Positions 37,100-48,920 of a stretch of DNA of 49,370 nt are shown piece after piece (positions within the stretch are counted from its first letter, which is position 1; the number at the start of each line of letters is the position of its first letter). The stretch is taken from positions 29,786,009 to 29,835,378 of the forward strand of contig NC_068989.1 in NCBI RefSeq assembly GCF_001194135.2, in the 5' to 3' direction. The notes beneath the pieces were generated by a model that saw only the letters and a program-made list of their open reading frames with translations, ran no database searches and had not been told where the DNA came from. Source of the stretch: Octopus bimaculoides (taxonomy: Eukaryota). The translations under genes and the position numbers were made by a program.

Positions 37100-39470
37100 C
37101 ATACTCATACACACAGATATAATGGCGGGGAGCTTCAGCTAGGTTCCTCACAGGCAAGTCACATAGGTATAAAATCTTCTGAGAAGTTAACAGTGATGAG
37201 GTAGGTGGTCTGGGCATACATTTTGCAGAGAAAGGTCAATAAAGTCATAGAGGTAGCCATAGTTTGTGATAGGGTACTTAAGCTCAGGCTAGTTTTGCAG
37301 AATAGTACAGCGGCAAATATCTGTGCCAATACCCGCCAAGCGGGTCTACCAAATGAACAAATGGACTGCTTTTATGATATTCTTCTGCAGGCTTCCTGAA
37401 AGATGATCTCATCTTCATGGCTGGAGATTTCAATGGGCATGTTGAGCAGCAGCATGGTATCTTCCATGATGTACATGGGGCCCATGGAACTGGTTCCCAA
37501 AACAAAGAGGGGACAATGCTACTGGAGTTCTATGATGCAAATAACCTATTGATCTGCAACACCAACTTCAGGAAGCCAGCCAGCCACCTGATAATCTACC
37601 AATCAGGTTATCACGCTTGTCAGAATTATTACATTCTCACCTGACAGCGGGATACATGGTTGCTCAAGACCTTCCCTGGTGAAGATTGTACCCCACCAGT
37701 ATAGACTAGTTATTAGTGACTTTTGACTTCAGGCCAGAAGGATGCCAAGAAGCAGACCCATCTGGAAAAGAAGGGTTTGGAAGCTAAAGAACCCTTTACA
37801 TGGTCTGAGATTTAGAGACACTCTAATTGAGAAATTTGATGAGAAGGAGGAGGAACTACAGACTTGTAACATTGAAGACAACTGAGTATTCCTGCGAGAC
37901 AGCTTGCTGAGTGCCACAGACCAAATCTGTAGCTGGTGCAAAGTACCATCGAGACCTAGGGTGATGTGGTGGTGGAACGATGCTGTAGACAACGTCATTA
38001 GAGCAAAGAAACAGGCCTGGAAATGTTGGGTAGCACGGAACTGTATCAGGTAGCTAGAAAGGAAGCTAGGAGACAGGTGTATCTAGCCAGGGAAGAAGCA
38101 GAAAAGAAGGACCTTGTGAGACAAGGACCAGAGACTTGAAGTGTTTCAGATTGCAAGACAGTGTATGAGAGAAAATCATGATGTCATAGGAGAGAAATGT
38201 GTCTGCATGGATGATAGTTCACTTGCATTTAATGATTCTGCAAAGAAAGAGGCCTGGAAATACCATTATGAAAGGCTGCTAAACATGGAGACTGAATGAA
38301 AGAAGTAGAGTTTGCCAAATGTTGACCCAACTGAGGGACTAGCTATCCGAATTGAAAGTAGCTTTGTAGATAAAGCAATTAAGCACATGATGACAGGGAA
38401 AGCCCCTGGCCTATCAAGAATCACTGTTGAGATGCTTAATATATCTGGTGAAGTAGGATATAGCCTAGTCACCTGTATAGTTCATCAGGTTGTCCACAAG
38501 GAAGGTCTTGCAAGAAATTAAGCTAGTACGCTTTGCTGGATGTGCAATGTCAGTGTGTATACATGACAGTGTGTAAGCGTCTTGAGAGAAACATTGGGCA
38601 TAAGGGGCATCAGATGTGGTATGCAAGAGAGACAACTGTGCTAGTTTGGTCATGTGATGCTTATGGACAAGGACAGCCTTGTGAAGAAATGCTGATTCCT
38701 AATGGTGAATGGAACCTGTGGAAGAGGTAGACCCAGGAAGACATGGGATGATGTGGTGAAGCATGATCTTTGAACACTGGGCCTCACAGAACCAATGACA
38801 AGTGAGCATGACTTTTGGCAATATGTCATGCTTGAGAAGACCTGTCAAGCAAAGTGAAATCATAGTCATGGTTGACACCAGTGTTGTGTAACTGGCACAT
38901 AAAAACCTCTGTTTGAACATTCGGGAAAATGCTGTGCTTGAGAAGACCCATCAAGTCAAATGAGATCGTAGTCATGGTTGTGTCAGATTGTGTCATGTAA
39001 CAGGCACTTATGCCGGTAGCATGTAAAAAACACCCTTAGAATGTTGGGTAATAAGCTGTGCTTGAGAAGACCCATCAAGCCAAGTGAAATCATAGCCATG
39101 ACCAATGCTAGTGTGGCGTAACTGGTACCTGTGGTGGTGGGACATAAAAAACACCCTTTGAACTTTGAACCTCATGGAGGCAGTGACAAGTGACTGAGAC
39201 TTTTGACAATATACTGTGTTTGAGAAGACCTGCCAAGCCAAATAAGATTGCAGTCATGGCCGATGCTGGTGTTTTGTAACTGGCACCTATGCCAGTGAAA
39301 CATAAAAAGCACCCACTACACTCTTGGAGTGGTTGCCATTAGGAAGGGCATCCAACTGTAGAAACCTTGCCAAATCACACAGGAACCTGGTGCAGCTCCT
39401 CAGCTTACTATTTTCCAGTCAAACTGTCCAACCAATGCCAACAAGGAAAATGAATGTTAAATGATGATGA
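37100..39470 (+). mobile_element. RTE-clade LINE with internal deletion (EN, partial RT, repeat-rich 3' UTR, GAT tail)
   Basis: AGDFNGHV APE motif, LLICNTNFRK, GKAPG; 3' UTR has four gcttgagaagacc-containing units; tail gatgatgat at 39463. Confidence 0.88.
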
Positions 39471-39917
39471 TATACCTATATCATCATACACTCATACACA
39501 TGCACTCATACACACAAGCATACACATACATTCACACTCTGTTATATGCACACATGCAAACGCATATACATATACACAACCACACCCACCCACTTTTGAC
39601 CTCCTCTGACTGAAATACCAGCTACTAACCTGCTTGTTGACTTAAATACATGCATACAGATACCACCATACATACACACTGACCATTTTTGCACTCTCCT
39701 CTCCCAAAAATCTACTTTCTCTATCTTTTTCTACTTCTGGCCACTTTAGCAATGTTACTGTAGGTGATTTTTTTTCTTTCTTTGTATTTTTCCCTTTCTC
39801 CTTTCTGGCGAAGAACTATGCTCAAAATATCACTCTCTCTTTTTACTGAGCGTCAAGCTAACATATTCCATGTACACATCCTCTTGTTGTCCGTTCATTT
39901 ATTCAGTTATTTGAATT

Positions 39918-40072
39918 GACTGGCGTTAGGAAGGGCATCCAGCTGTGGAAACTCTGCCAAATCAGATTGGAGCCTGGTGTAGCCATCTGGTTCACCAGTC
40001 CTCAATCAAATCGTCCAACCCATGCTAGCATGGAAAGAGGACGTTAAACGATGATGATGATGATGATGATGA
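39918..40072 (+). mobile_element. RTE 3' tip / SINE-like tail with (GAT)n
   Basis: ggcgttaggaagggcatccagctg...catgctagcatggaaagaggacgttaaacgatgatgat. Confidence 0.8.
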
Positions 40073-41534
40073 TTTACTGCATGCTCACACAGACCATGTG
40101 AGCATGGAGTACCTGATTCATTGATTTCTTACCCTACACTTGGTTTAAGTTAGCTTTAAATTCCTTCAGAGGTTGTGGTTTCTGCATACACACACACACA
40201 CATCTACTACATATGTGGGAAATTCTGTCTGTGGGTATGTTTGTGGAGTTGTTAGCTAACTCCTCCTACATCATTTTATTGATTTTGATGAAACTTGACA
40301 CATGAGTAAAACTCATGTCTGGAAACCTCATGGCATACTCAGATTGTTGAAATAAAATCGATAATAGGGTCCTGGAAGGGATCCTTATATATATCTAATA
40401 TATTTTATTTTAAAAACCAAGGGAAATAACCCATTCACCCCTGGAAGGGGTCCTTATATATAGCCAAGGGAAATAACCCATTCATTTTCCTAAATTATTT
40501 GGTAAAAATGAAATTGAGTATGCTTATTTCTTAGCATTTGAACTGTTAGAGTTATTTTCACATTTTATCCAGTACAACCCTTAAACAAGTAAATAGCATT
40601 TTCCTAAACAATAGATCCTATTATCTTAGTTAGTGACTTATTTACGAATATACCAACACTAGCGCCCTTGAGGGTAATATTCTCTGGGAACACACAAAAT
40701 CCCTTTCCAGAGTTATTTACTTGAATTATTATTATCTCATATCTGATTAGCCTGTTATTACATAACATGCTTCACGATTTTAGTATACATACCTTATTAG
40801 TATTTCCTCCTATGTTTTATATACTCTGGGCATGCATTAAAGCCCTTTTCGAAGCTACTTTATTTAAATTCTTACTATCGGGTAACTAATTTCATCTTAT
40901 TACATAACTGACTTCACAATTTGAGTATTCATAACTTATTGGGAATTCCTAAAAACAAGATCCTGTGTAAAACTGTTTGGTTTCCTCTGTAAATACACAA
41001 AAACCGTTTTAAGGGCTACATACTTTGTATTGTTGTTATTGGATTAGCGAAACAATTATGAGAACGGAACCAAGGGATAAGCTGTGCTTTCCTGAGAATT
41101 ACTGGGTACGTCAGCTANNNNNNNNNNNNNNNNNNNNNNNNNNNNNNNNNNNNNNNNNNNNNNNNNNNNNNNNNNNNNNNNNNNNNNNNNNNNNNNNNNN
41201 NNNNNNNNNNNNNNNNNNNNNNNNNNNNNNNNNNNNNNNNNNNNNNNNNNNNNNNNNNNNNNNNNNNNNNNNNNNNNNNNNNNNNNNNNNNNNNNNNNNN
41301 NNNNNNNNNNNNNNNNNNNNNNNNNNNNNNNNNNNNNNNNNNNNNNNNNNNNNNNNNNNNNNNNNNNNNNNNNNNNNNNNNNNNNNNNNNNNNNNNNNNN
41401 NNNNNNNNNNNNNNNNNNNNNNNNNNNNNNNNNNNNNNNNNNNNNNNNNNNNNNNNNNNNNNNNNNNNNNNNNNNNNNNNNNNNNNNNNNNNNNNNNNNN
41501 NNNNNNNNNNNNNNNNNNNNNNNNNNNNNNNNNN

Positions 41535-41836
41535 CCACACGAAGGCCAGTCAGGCGATACTGGCAACGGCCACGCTCAAAATGGTGTATTTTATGTGCCA
41601 CCCGCACAAGAGCCAGTCCAGGGGCACTGGCAACGATCTCGCTCAAAAGTCCTTACACATGCTGCGGGCACAAGTGCCAGAAAGGTGACGCTGGGCACAG
41701 GTGCCATCCCGATTTCGCCTTCGCTTGCCCCAATAAGTCTTCGCAAGCTGAGTTTCATGTCCAATGAAGGAGACGACGTTGGCATGGGTGCCAGTTGTCG
41801 AATTTAGTTCGATTTCGATTTCACTTGCCTCAACAG
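41535..41836 (-). mobile_element. RTE 3' UTR fragment
   Basis: Same subfamily as 36040-36440 (gatttcgatttcacttgcctcaacagg). Confidence 0.75.
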
Positions 41837-41856
41837 GCATATATGTGTGTGTGTGT

Positions 41857-41894
41857 GTTTTTGATGTTTTCAGCCTATGCTCTTCAACAGAAAC
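41857..41894 (-). ncRNA. Degenerate hammerhead-like motif, same CUGUUGA core
   Basis: GUUU-CUGUUGA-A-GAGC-AUAG-GCU-GAAAAC-AUC-AAAAAC. Confidence 0.45.
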
Positions 41895-42668
41895 GGTTGA
41901 GAGGAAAAAATGGAGAGAAGGAAAAATTGAAGAGAGAAAGTAAATTATACATATATAAAGGGAAACAGGTGCATTAGAAGCTTACAGGCGCATGAGGTCA
42001 GAGCTTGTCCTTGTCTGTATAGCATATAAACAAGTGAGAGTTAAATACTCCCAACTGAGCAAGATACCAGTCCACTTGGGTGGGATGGGGGCAGTAGATA
42101 CATGGGTAGGTAGGTAGGTAGGTACAGATATAGATCTATGTTATTGTGTATTTTTGACAGCTTCCTTAACCCACTGTCATTGAATGAAGGTATCTTTACT
42201 TGAAAGAATCAACAGAGGGCAGAAGGAAGTCTTTCATTGTCCATTCCCTTTTCTTAAAATATTCTTCAAGGAAGTAGGCACACTGTTTGGATCACTGACC
42301 ACAGGACTACAAGTTCAAATTTCACAACTTGCATCTCTTATAAGAAACATAACTCTACTTGCTTCATTTGATGTTATTTGAATGACAAAATAGGTTCCGG
42401 CTGCAAAAACAATTGTTGTAGCAAAGCCCACCTTACCCGTATTGAGGAGAAATGGGTATATAAAAAAAAACAAAAAAACATAAAGAGTTGTAATGATTAA
42501 GATATTTTCAATCATTCATGTGTACTGTTATGTTTTTACTCTGGGTTACTAAAAGTTAAAATTTTAGAAAAATTTTGTTTTAAAACTAAAATATTCTATT
42601 TAATTAAAAGCTATTTATTTAAAATATGATTACATTAATATAAAATATCAGTATTAAGAATCTCTCAC

Positions 42669-42777
42669 CTGAGCTTTACGATAACCATATTTGTCAGGAA
42701 ATTTGGCCATGAATCTACGGAACTCATTTCTTGTTTCTTTGTCTGCTATACAATAAGGAGGTATGCCTTTGCTGTTG
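42669..42777 (-). CDS. ANKZF1: ANKZF1/Vms1 internal exon (end of ankyrin region)
   Basis: Acceptor ttctctgtttcaag, donor gtgaga. The 109 nt translate as (x)[36 protein letters not shown], matching recalled human ANKZF1 [37 protein letters not shown]. Phase 2 in, phase 0 out. Confidence 0.96.
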
Positions 42778-43050
42778 CTTGAAACAGAGAAGTAGAAGAT
42801 AAATATGAAAATAAACCAACAGAATGAGACATTAAGATTTTATTTTAGTGTGGTGACAGTAATTTCATTCAATGCGTCTAGTTGTGGTCTGTAGTTATAA
42901 GAGGAATTCAGTAGAAAGCAAAATTTAGATATGTTGGTAATCCTTGTGGAGAAGTAACTAGCAACATTTAATGTATAGTCCTTCACCAGAAATCTATAAA
43001 TGGCCAGTCAGCTATATGAGATAGTTGTGTGAGTGAAAATGATGTAAGGT

Positions 43051-43247
43051 ATCAGAACAATGATGTGAGTTGTCAGAATGTGATAATGATGTGAGTTGTC
43101 AGAATGTGACAATGAAGTGAGTTGTCAGAATGTGACAATGATGTCAATTATCAGAATGTGACAATGATGTCAGTTGTCAGAATGTGACAAGGACACAATT
43201 TGTCAGACTGTGACAATAATGCAATATATCAGAATGTGACAATGATT
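43051..43247. repeat. 26-bp minisatellite, array 1
   Basis: Units at 43072, 43098, 43124, 43150, 43176, 43202 and 43228; consensus GTCAGAATGTGACAATGATGTGAGTT. Confidence 0.95.
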
Positions 43248-44045
43248 GATATGTCCCACATTATGATGACGTAGCTTCATCATCTGCATCACTGGGCAAT
43301 ATGGCATACGTTGCCAAGTGACACTACTTGCTGTGTCTGTCCACTATTTATCAGTAGTGGTACAGCCCACCTCTCCCTTTGAGATTTTTTCTTCTTTCAA
43401 ACATTATTTTTTTTTCATTTATTTCACACAATAGAATTATTTTTCTCTTCAGAATGCCACAGGTAGTACCAGTCTACAATGTTTACTGGTAGTGCTACTA
43501 ACACATAGCGACCTGACTTAAATCCTTCAGACAGATTTATATTATTTTTCACTGTGAGCAGTTCAGTTCTGAGTTAGAATTCCAGTTTTATCAGACATTT
43601 TTACTTCAGAATCTTTTTTCAATAGAATTTATATATTTTTCACTGTGTGTAGTTCAGTTCTGTGTTAGAGTTCCAGATTTATCAGACATTTTTTTCTTCA
43701 GAATGTTTTTTTCAATAGAATTTATATATTATTCATTGTATGTATATCATTCTTCACTGTGTGTAGTTCAGTTCCTTCCTCAAATTTTTCACTGTGTGTA
43801 GTTCTTCCATTTCGACACTCCTATGAGCATTTGTAACCTCGTTACCACTGTTATAATGACACCATCACACAATGGGAGATATCCTCATCGTCACTGATAT
43901 GTCCCGCATTATGATGATGTAACTTCATCATCTGCATGACTGGTTCATATGGCGTACTTCACCGACTGACACCACTTGCTGTATCTGTCTACTATTCATA
44001 GGTAGTGGAACAGCCCACGTTTCACTTGGGGGTGTCCGCCACAAC

Positions 44046-44385
44046 AATGATTAAGTTGTCAGAATGTGACAGTGATGCAAGTTGTCAGAATGATGTGACA
44101 TGTCAGAATGTGAGAATGATGTGAGTTGTCAGAATGTGAGAATGATGCAAGTTGTCAGAATGTGACAATGCTGACAGTTGTCAGAATGTGACAATGATGC
44201 AAGTAGTCAGAATGTGACAGTGATGCAAGTTGTCAGAATGATGTGACATGTCAGAATGTGACAAAGATGTGAGCTGTCAGAATGTGATAAGGATATCAGT
44301 TGTCAAAATGTGACAATGATGTGACATGTCAAAATGTGACAATGATGTGACATGTCAGAACGTGACAATGATGTGAGGTAACAAT
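44046..44385. repeat. 26-bp minisatellite, array 2 (13 units, two shortened)
   Basis: Units from 44058 to 44354; 18-bp variants at 44084 and 44232. Confidence 0.95.
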
Positions 44386-44689
44386 GTGAAATATCAAAAT
44401 ATGGTAGTAGTGTATTAAGAAGATAACAATATCTCAGTGATAACATTGAAGATTTTAGGGAGTGGTAACACAGGTGACATGTGGCCAATTTGTGTAGTGG
44501 AAAAGTCGCCTTAGTTAATCACAGCATACTATTAATACTTATTTTATAAACTTTAGATGCATATAAAGCCAAGTTGACTTCGTATTTGAACCCTGAAACT
44601 AGTGGAATAGAATTAAACAGTGTAAGGCTTTGTGTCCAGTAGTCTACTGTCTTGGCCAACTCCAATTCCATCATGAAGCTGTATAAATA

Positions 44690-44727
<38 letters not shown>

Positions 44728-45899
44728 ACATGTTCCTTATGCATTCCAAAACTGAGTTGCCAATTTTGATGTATGGGGTATCAAAAGATTCAGCACTATT
44801 TCTGCTACCAACTAAACTTTATTTTCATTGACACATTTGCATTACAGAGATTTAAAATTATAATCTTTTCCATAAGTCAACTATCGTAAACATTTTATGT
44901 CGACAATGACGTTACATTTTCTATACGAGTGTGTACCTTAAAAGACATCCATCATCACGACACACAGCTTCACTCACTCACTCAATCTCTCTTGCACACA
45001 CACATCCATTTCATATACACAAACATACATCTTTCGCTTCTCATTTCCTTCACTTTCTGCTCTCTCTTTTCACTTTCTCTTTCTTTCAATTTCTGCTCTC
45101 TTCAAAGCATAAAGAAATAAATTTTTACAGAATGACAACTGAAATGCAGAATGAGAAAAAAACAGAGAGACAAGAGAACGAAACAGACAGAAAACAAGTC
45201 TCTATAGGAGAAGTTGAAAGATGGATAGCGGGTGAAAGACAGATGCTGATGTTTCATACCCTATGTATATTCTATAGTTGAAAATGAAAGAAAGCCAGCA
45301 CAAAATTGATACTGTATGTTCTATAGGTGAAGGTGAAAGAAAGCCGGTTCGGCGAAAGTGGGAGAGAAGGGGATGCTGAGAACCAAAAAGATGAGGTCAT
45401 GTCGTACAATTTTAAGGTCAATTTCATTTTCATTCCATGCTTCACGCATGCGTAGAATTAGGCATTATCTTACTCTTTTAATTTCTCATTATAATGTATG
45501 AGACCTTATGCTGTCAACATATTACAACTTCACTACATTTCCTTCTTTTGGAATTAGAAAGGTATGCAAAAATAACTTCCTTTGGCACATGCACACACAC
45601 ACAATTAAATTTCTGTATGAATTATGTCATTTTTTGCTGTGCACTAAATTACAGCTCAAATCCTATGGAAATTACCTTTTCCTATTCTGTCATTCCTGTT
45701 TGTGAGGAGTGTATTTCAAAACCTGATCTTCCATTTAAACTTACAAGGAAGTTATCGCAGAAATCCTGTCCTTTACCTGTTGTTTCTAGCATGTCCAAGA
45801 TGGCATTTGCATATCCCTCTCCCACTTATTTCTTTCCATATAGGAAATTTGCATTTCACCTGAAAGTGGGTAGCTGACAGGTGGATGAGGTGGGGGAAG

Positions 45900-46648
45900 G
45901 GGCAATCAGTATTTCTTTCTGCACCTGCCCCACTGTCACCCGTCTCCCCTCACCTACCACCCCTCCATCCTACCTCTCCAAGCCTTCCGGCGACTCCAGT
46001 CCAACCCCTCCACTTTGCACATCTTCCCTAACCTACATCTCCCCTCCTTCATATGAGCCTACAACTTACATGACCCCCTAGTTCAGTTTCTTCTCTAACC
46101 CACCTCCCAACCCAGCTCGTTCCCCTGCTCCCACCCACACTGCCGCACTTGTCCCTACCTCACCAATACCATCATCCTCACAGGCACCCATCATCGACCC
46201 TATCATATCACTGACTCCTTCACCTGCAATTCTAGCAATGGCATTTACTGCATCTCCTGCTCTCTCTGTTCTTCTCTGTATATTGGTCAAATGGGATGCT
46301 GCTTGGTTGAGCAGTTCGCAGAACACTTCCGAGACATCAGACTTGGCAACGACACCCCAGTCTCACGCCATTTCCGCTCTACCGGTCATGCTTTACAACA
46401 CCTGTCTGTGTTCAGATTGTCCCAGCACCACACCATCATCCACACACCTACACATGCACACACCCACACGCTCTCACATACACAAGCATGCACACCTTCG
46501 TTTTGGGATAACCACTACTTTATTATCACCCCTTCTTTCTAGCTCTTCTGTTAGACCACCTCTGTCTGGCCATTGCCATGATTGACTGCTAGCCACTGAA
46601 GCTTTTTTATTCTCTCTCTGTTTATTTTCTTGTGTTCCTTTCTGTTGA
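45900..46648 (+). mobile_element. Penelope-like element 3' fragment, same family as 44-2740
   Basis: ITDSFTCNSSNGIYCISCSLCSSLYIGQMG...EHFRDIRLGNDTPVSRHF. The pseudo-LTR matches the reverse complement of 160-360 and ends at ctttctgttga. Confidence 0.88.
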
Positions 46649-47032
46649 CTCAATAGGTCTCCTCAAGTACGGCATGTCGCCTTACGATCCAAGGGTACTT
46701 TTTGAGTTGGCTGGTTATGCAACACTGGTGTAGGTTACAGCTGTCATCTCACAAAATTTGCTGGGTCTTCTCAGTCACAGCATATCTCTAGAAATCTGTC
46801 TTTTGTCATTTCCTCAGTGAGGCCCAATGTTCGAAGGTCATGCTTCGCCACCTCATCCCATGTCTTCCTGGGTCTCCCTGTACACTGGATTTCTTCCACT
46901 GTTTGGAAGTGGCACTTCTTCACACAGCTCTCCTCATCCATCCATAGTACATAACCATATCAACGCCAACGTCTCTCTTGCACACCACATCCAATGCTTC
47001 ATATGTCCAACATTTCTCTCAGGGCGCTTACA
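46645..47032 (-). mobile_element. RTE LINE fragment (RT end + 3' UTR start)
   Basis: Homologous to 14070-14430. Confidence 0.8.
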
Positions 47033-47112
47033 CTATATATATATATATATAGGTTAGGCTATATTAACACTTATATATACATATGCATATATACATACTT
47101 ATAGAAATATAT

Positions 47113-47775
47113 GGATGAGGATAGCTGTGTGAGGAAGTGCCACACCGAAACTGTGGAAGAAGTAGACCCAAGAAGAGATGGGATGAGGTGGTGAAGCATG
47201 TCCTTAGAACATTGGGCCTCATAGAGGCAATGATAGGAGACCAAGTCCTTTGGAGATATGCTGTGATTGAGAAGACAGCAACTAAAGTGATATTGCAGCC
47301 ATGGCCAATGATAGTGTTACATGTCTCGCCCATTTAAGAGTACCCTTGATGCGTCAGCGATATGATGTGCTTGAAAAGACCTGTTGAGTCAAGAAGTAAA
47401 ACCAAAATCGTAGTTGTGGCTAGTGCCCCCTGACTGGCTCCCGTTCTGGTGGCACATAATTTGCATCATTCGAATGTGGTTGATGCCAGTCTCCTTCTGA
47501 ACGTGGTCAGTGCCAGTGCCACTCCAACTGGCTCCTGTACGAGTGGCACATAAAAAGCACCATCCGAACATGGTCGATACCAGTGCCATCTGACAGTCTC
47601 CTGTGCTGGTGGCACATAAAAAGCACCCACTACATTCTTGGAGTAGTTGCATCCAGCTATAGAAACTTTGCCAGATCAGATTGGAGTATGGTGCAGCCTT
47701 TTGGCTTGCCAGTCCTCAGTCAAACTGTCCAAACGTAGGCAGCATCAAAAACAGATGTTAAACGATAATGATGAT
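47113..47775 (+). mobile_element. RTE LINE 3' fragment
   Basis: GRSRPKKRWDEVVK, 66-bp units at 47420-47640, gat tail. Confidence 0.82.
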
Positions 47776-47944
47776 AAAACATATATATATATATATGGCT
47801 GGCCGGTAACGTATTTTTCTGCAATGTATGGATAATTTATCCTGATCACGCTATTTATTAGCATTATCACGCGTTTGAGAAAAAAAAAAAAAATTTATTT
47901 CTGTATTTTTATATATATATTGTGATTATATGTCTGTGCACACG

Positions 47945-48185
47945 TTTGAATGTGGTGTGTGACAGAGGGCTTGCAAATCCAATGGGGGTCTTAAAAGACA
48001 TGTTAGGATCCACAATGAGCAGAACTTACCTGCAGGTATTGGTAGTACAAATCAGAGGTGCAATCTGTGTGGGTGTTTTTTCAAAACATTGTCTGGTTTA
48101 AAAAGCCACATCAGACACCATGAAAGGGCTAAGGTGTAGGTGCAGGAGGTGGTCAAACTCTGTGTAAGGAGTAGACAACCACCAT
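47945..48185 (+). mobile_element. Probable LINE C-terminus with two C2H2 zinc fingers
   Basis: FECGV*QRACKSNGGLKRHVRIH...RCNLCGCFFKTLSGLKSHIRHHERAKV*, followed by a short 3' tail. Confidence 0.6.
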
Positions 48186-48444
48186 ATATATATATATATA
48201 TACTCGAGCATGGTTGATGCTAGTGCCGCCTGACTGTCTCCTGTACTGGTGGCATGTAAAAAGCACCCACTACATCCTCAAAGTGGTTAGTGTTAGGAAG
48301 GGCATCCAGCTGTAGAAACCGTGCCATATCAAACTAGAGCATGGTGCAGCTTCCTGGCTTGCCAGTTGTCTGTCAAACCATCCAACCTATGCTAGTATGG
48401 TAAGCGGGCGTTAAATGATGATGATGATGTATATATGTATAGAC

Positions 48445-48670
48445 GAGCTGGCAGAATCATTAGCATGCCGGGCAAAATGCTGAGCGGTATTTCGCCTGCC
48501 ATTATGCTCCGAGTTCAAATTCCACTGAGGTTGACTTTGCCTTTCATCCTTTCAGGGTCGATTAAATAAGTACCAGTTACGCACTGGGGTCGATGTAATC
48601 GACTTAATCCCTTTGTCTGTCCTTGTTTGTCCCCTCTATGTTTAGCCCCTTGGGCAATAAAGAAATAGAA
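48445..48670 (+). mobile_element. tRNA-derived SINE
   Basis: gagctggcagaatcattagc...gagttcaaattcc B-box-like motif; central gactttgcctttcatcctttcagggtcgattaaataagtaccag domain. Confidence 0.8.
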
Positions 48671-48739
48671 ATATATATATATATATTCTGTTTCAAAAAA
48701 GCCCAAAGAATTAATCCAGCGAGATATGCTGCTTGACTG

Positions 48740-48920
48740 GTCCCCCTCTCTCTCTCTATATATATGCCTTTCTCTCGTCATGCCTCTCTCTATCCCACTC
48801 TCTCTAAATCAGTCTCTCTCTCTCTCTACTTCCCTCTATCCTTGGCCCGCCCTCTCTCTCTATATATATATGCCTTTCTCTAACCCACTCTCTCTCTCTC
48901 TCTCTCTACTTCCCTCTATC
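48740..48920. repeat. (CT)n-rich polypyrimidine tract with internal duplications
   Basis: Direct reading. Confidence 0.85.

Noticed and set aside
43051-44385. CRISPR-like palindromic repeat array
   Set aside because: Units abut with no unique spacers, the context is eukaryotic, and there are no cas genes. It is a minisatellite.
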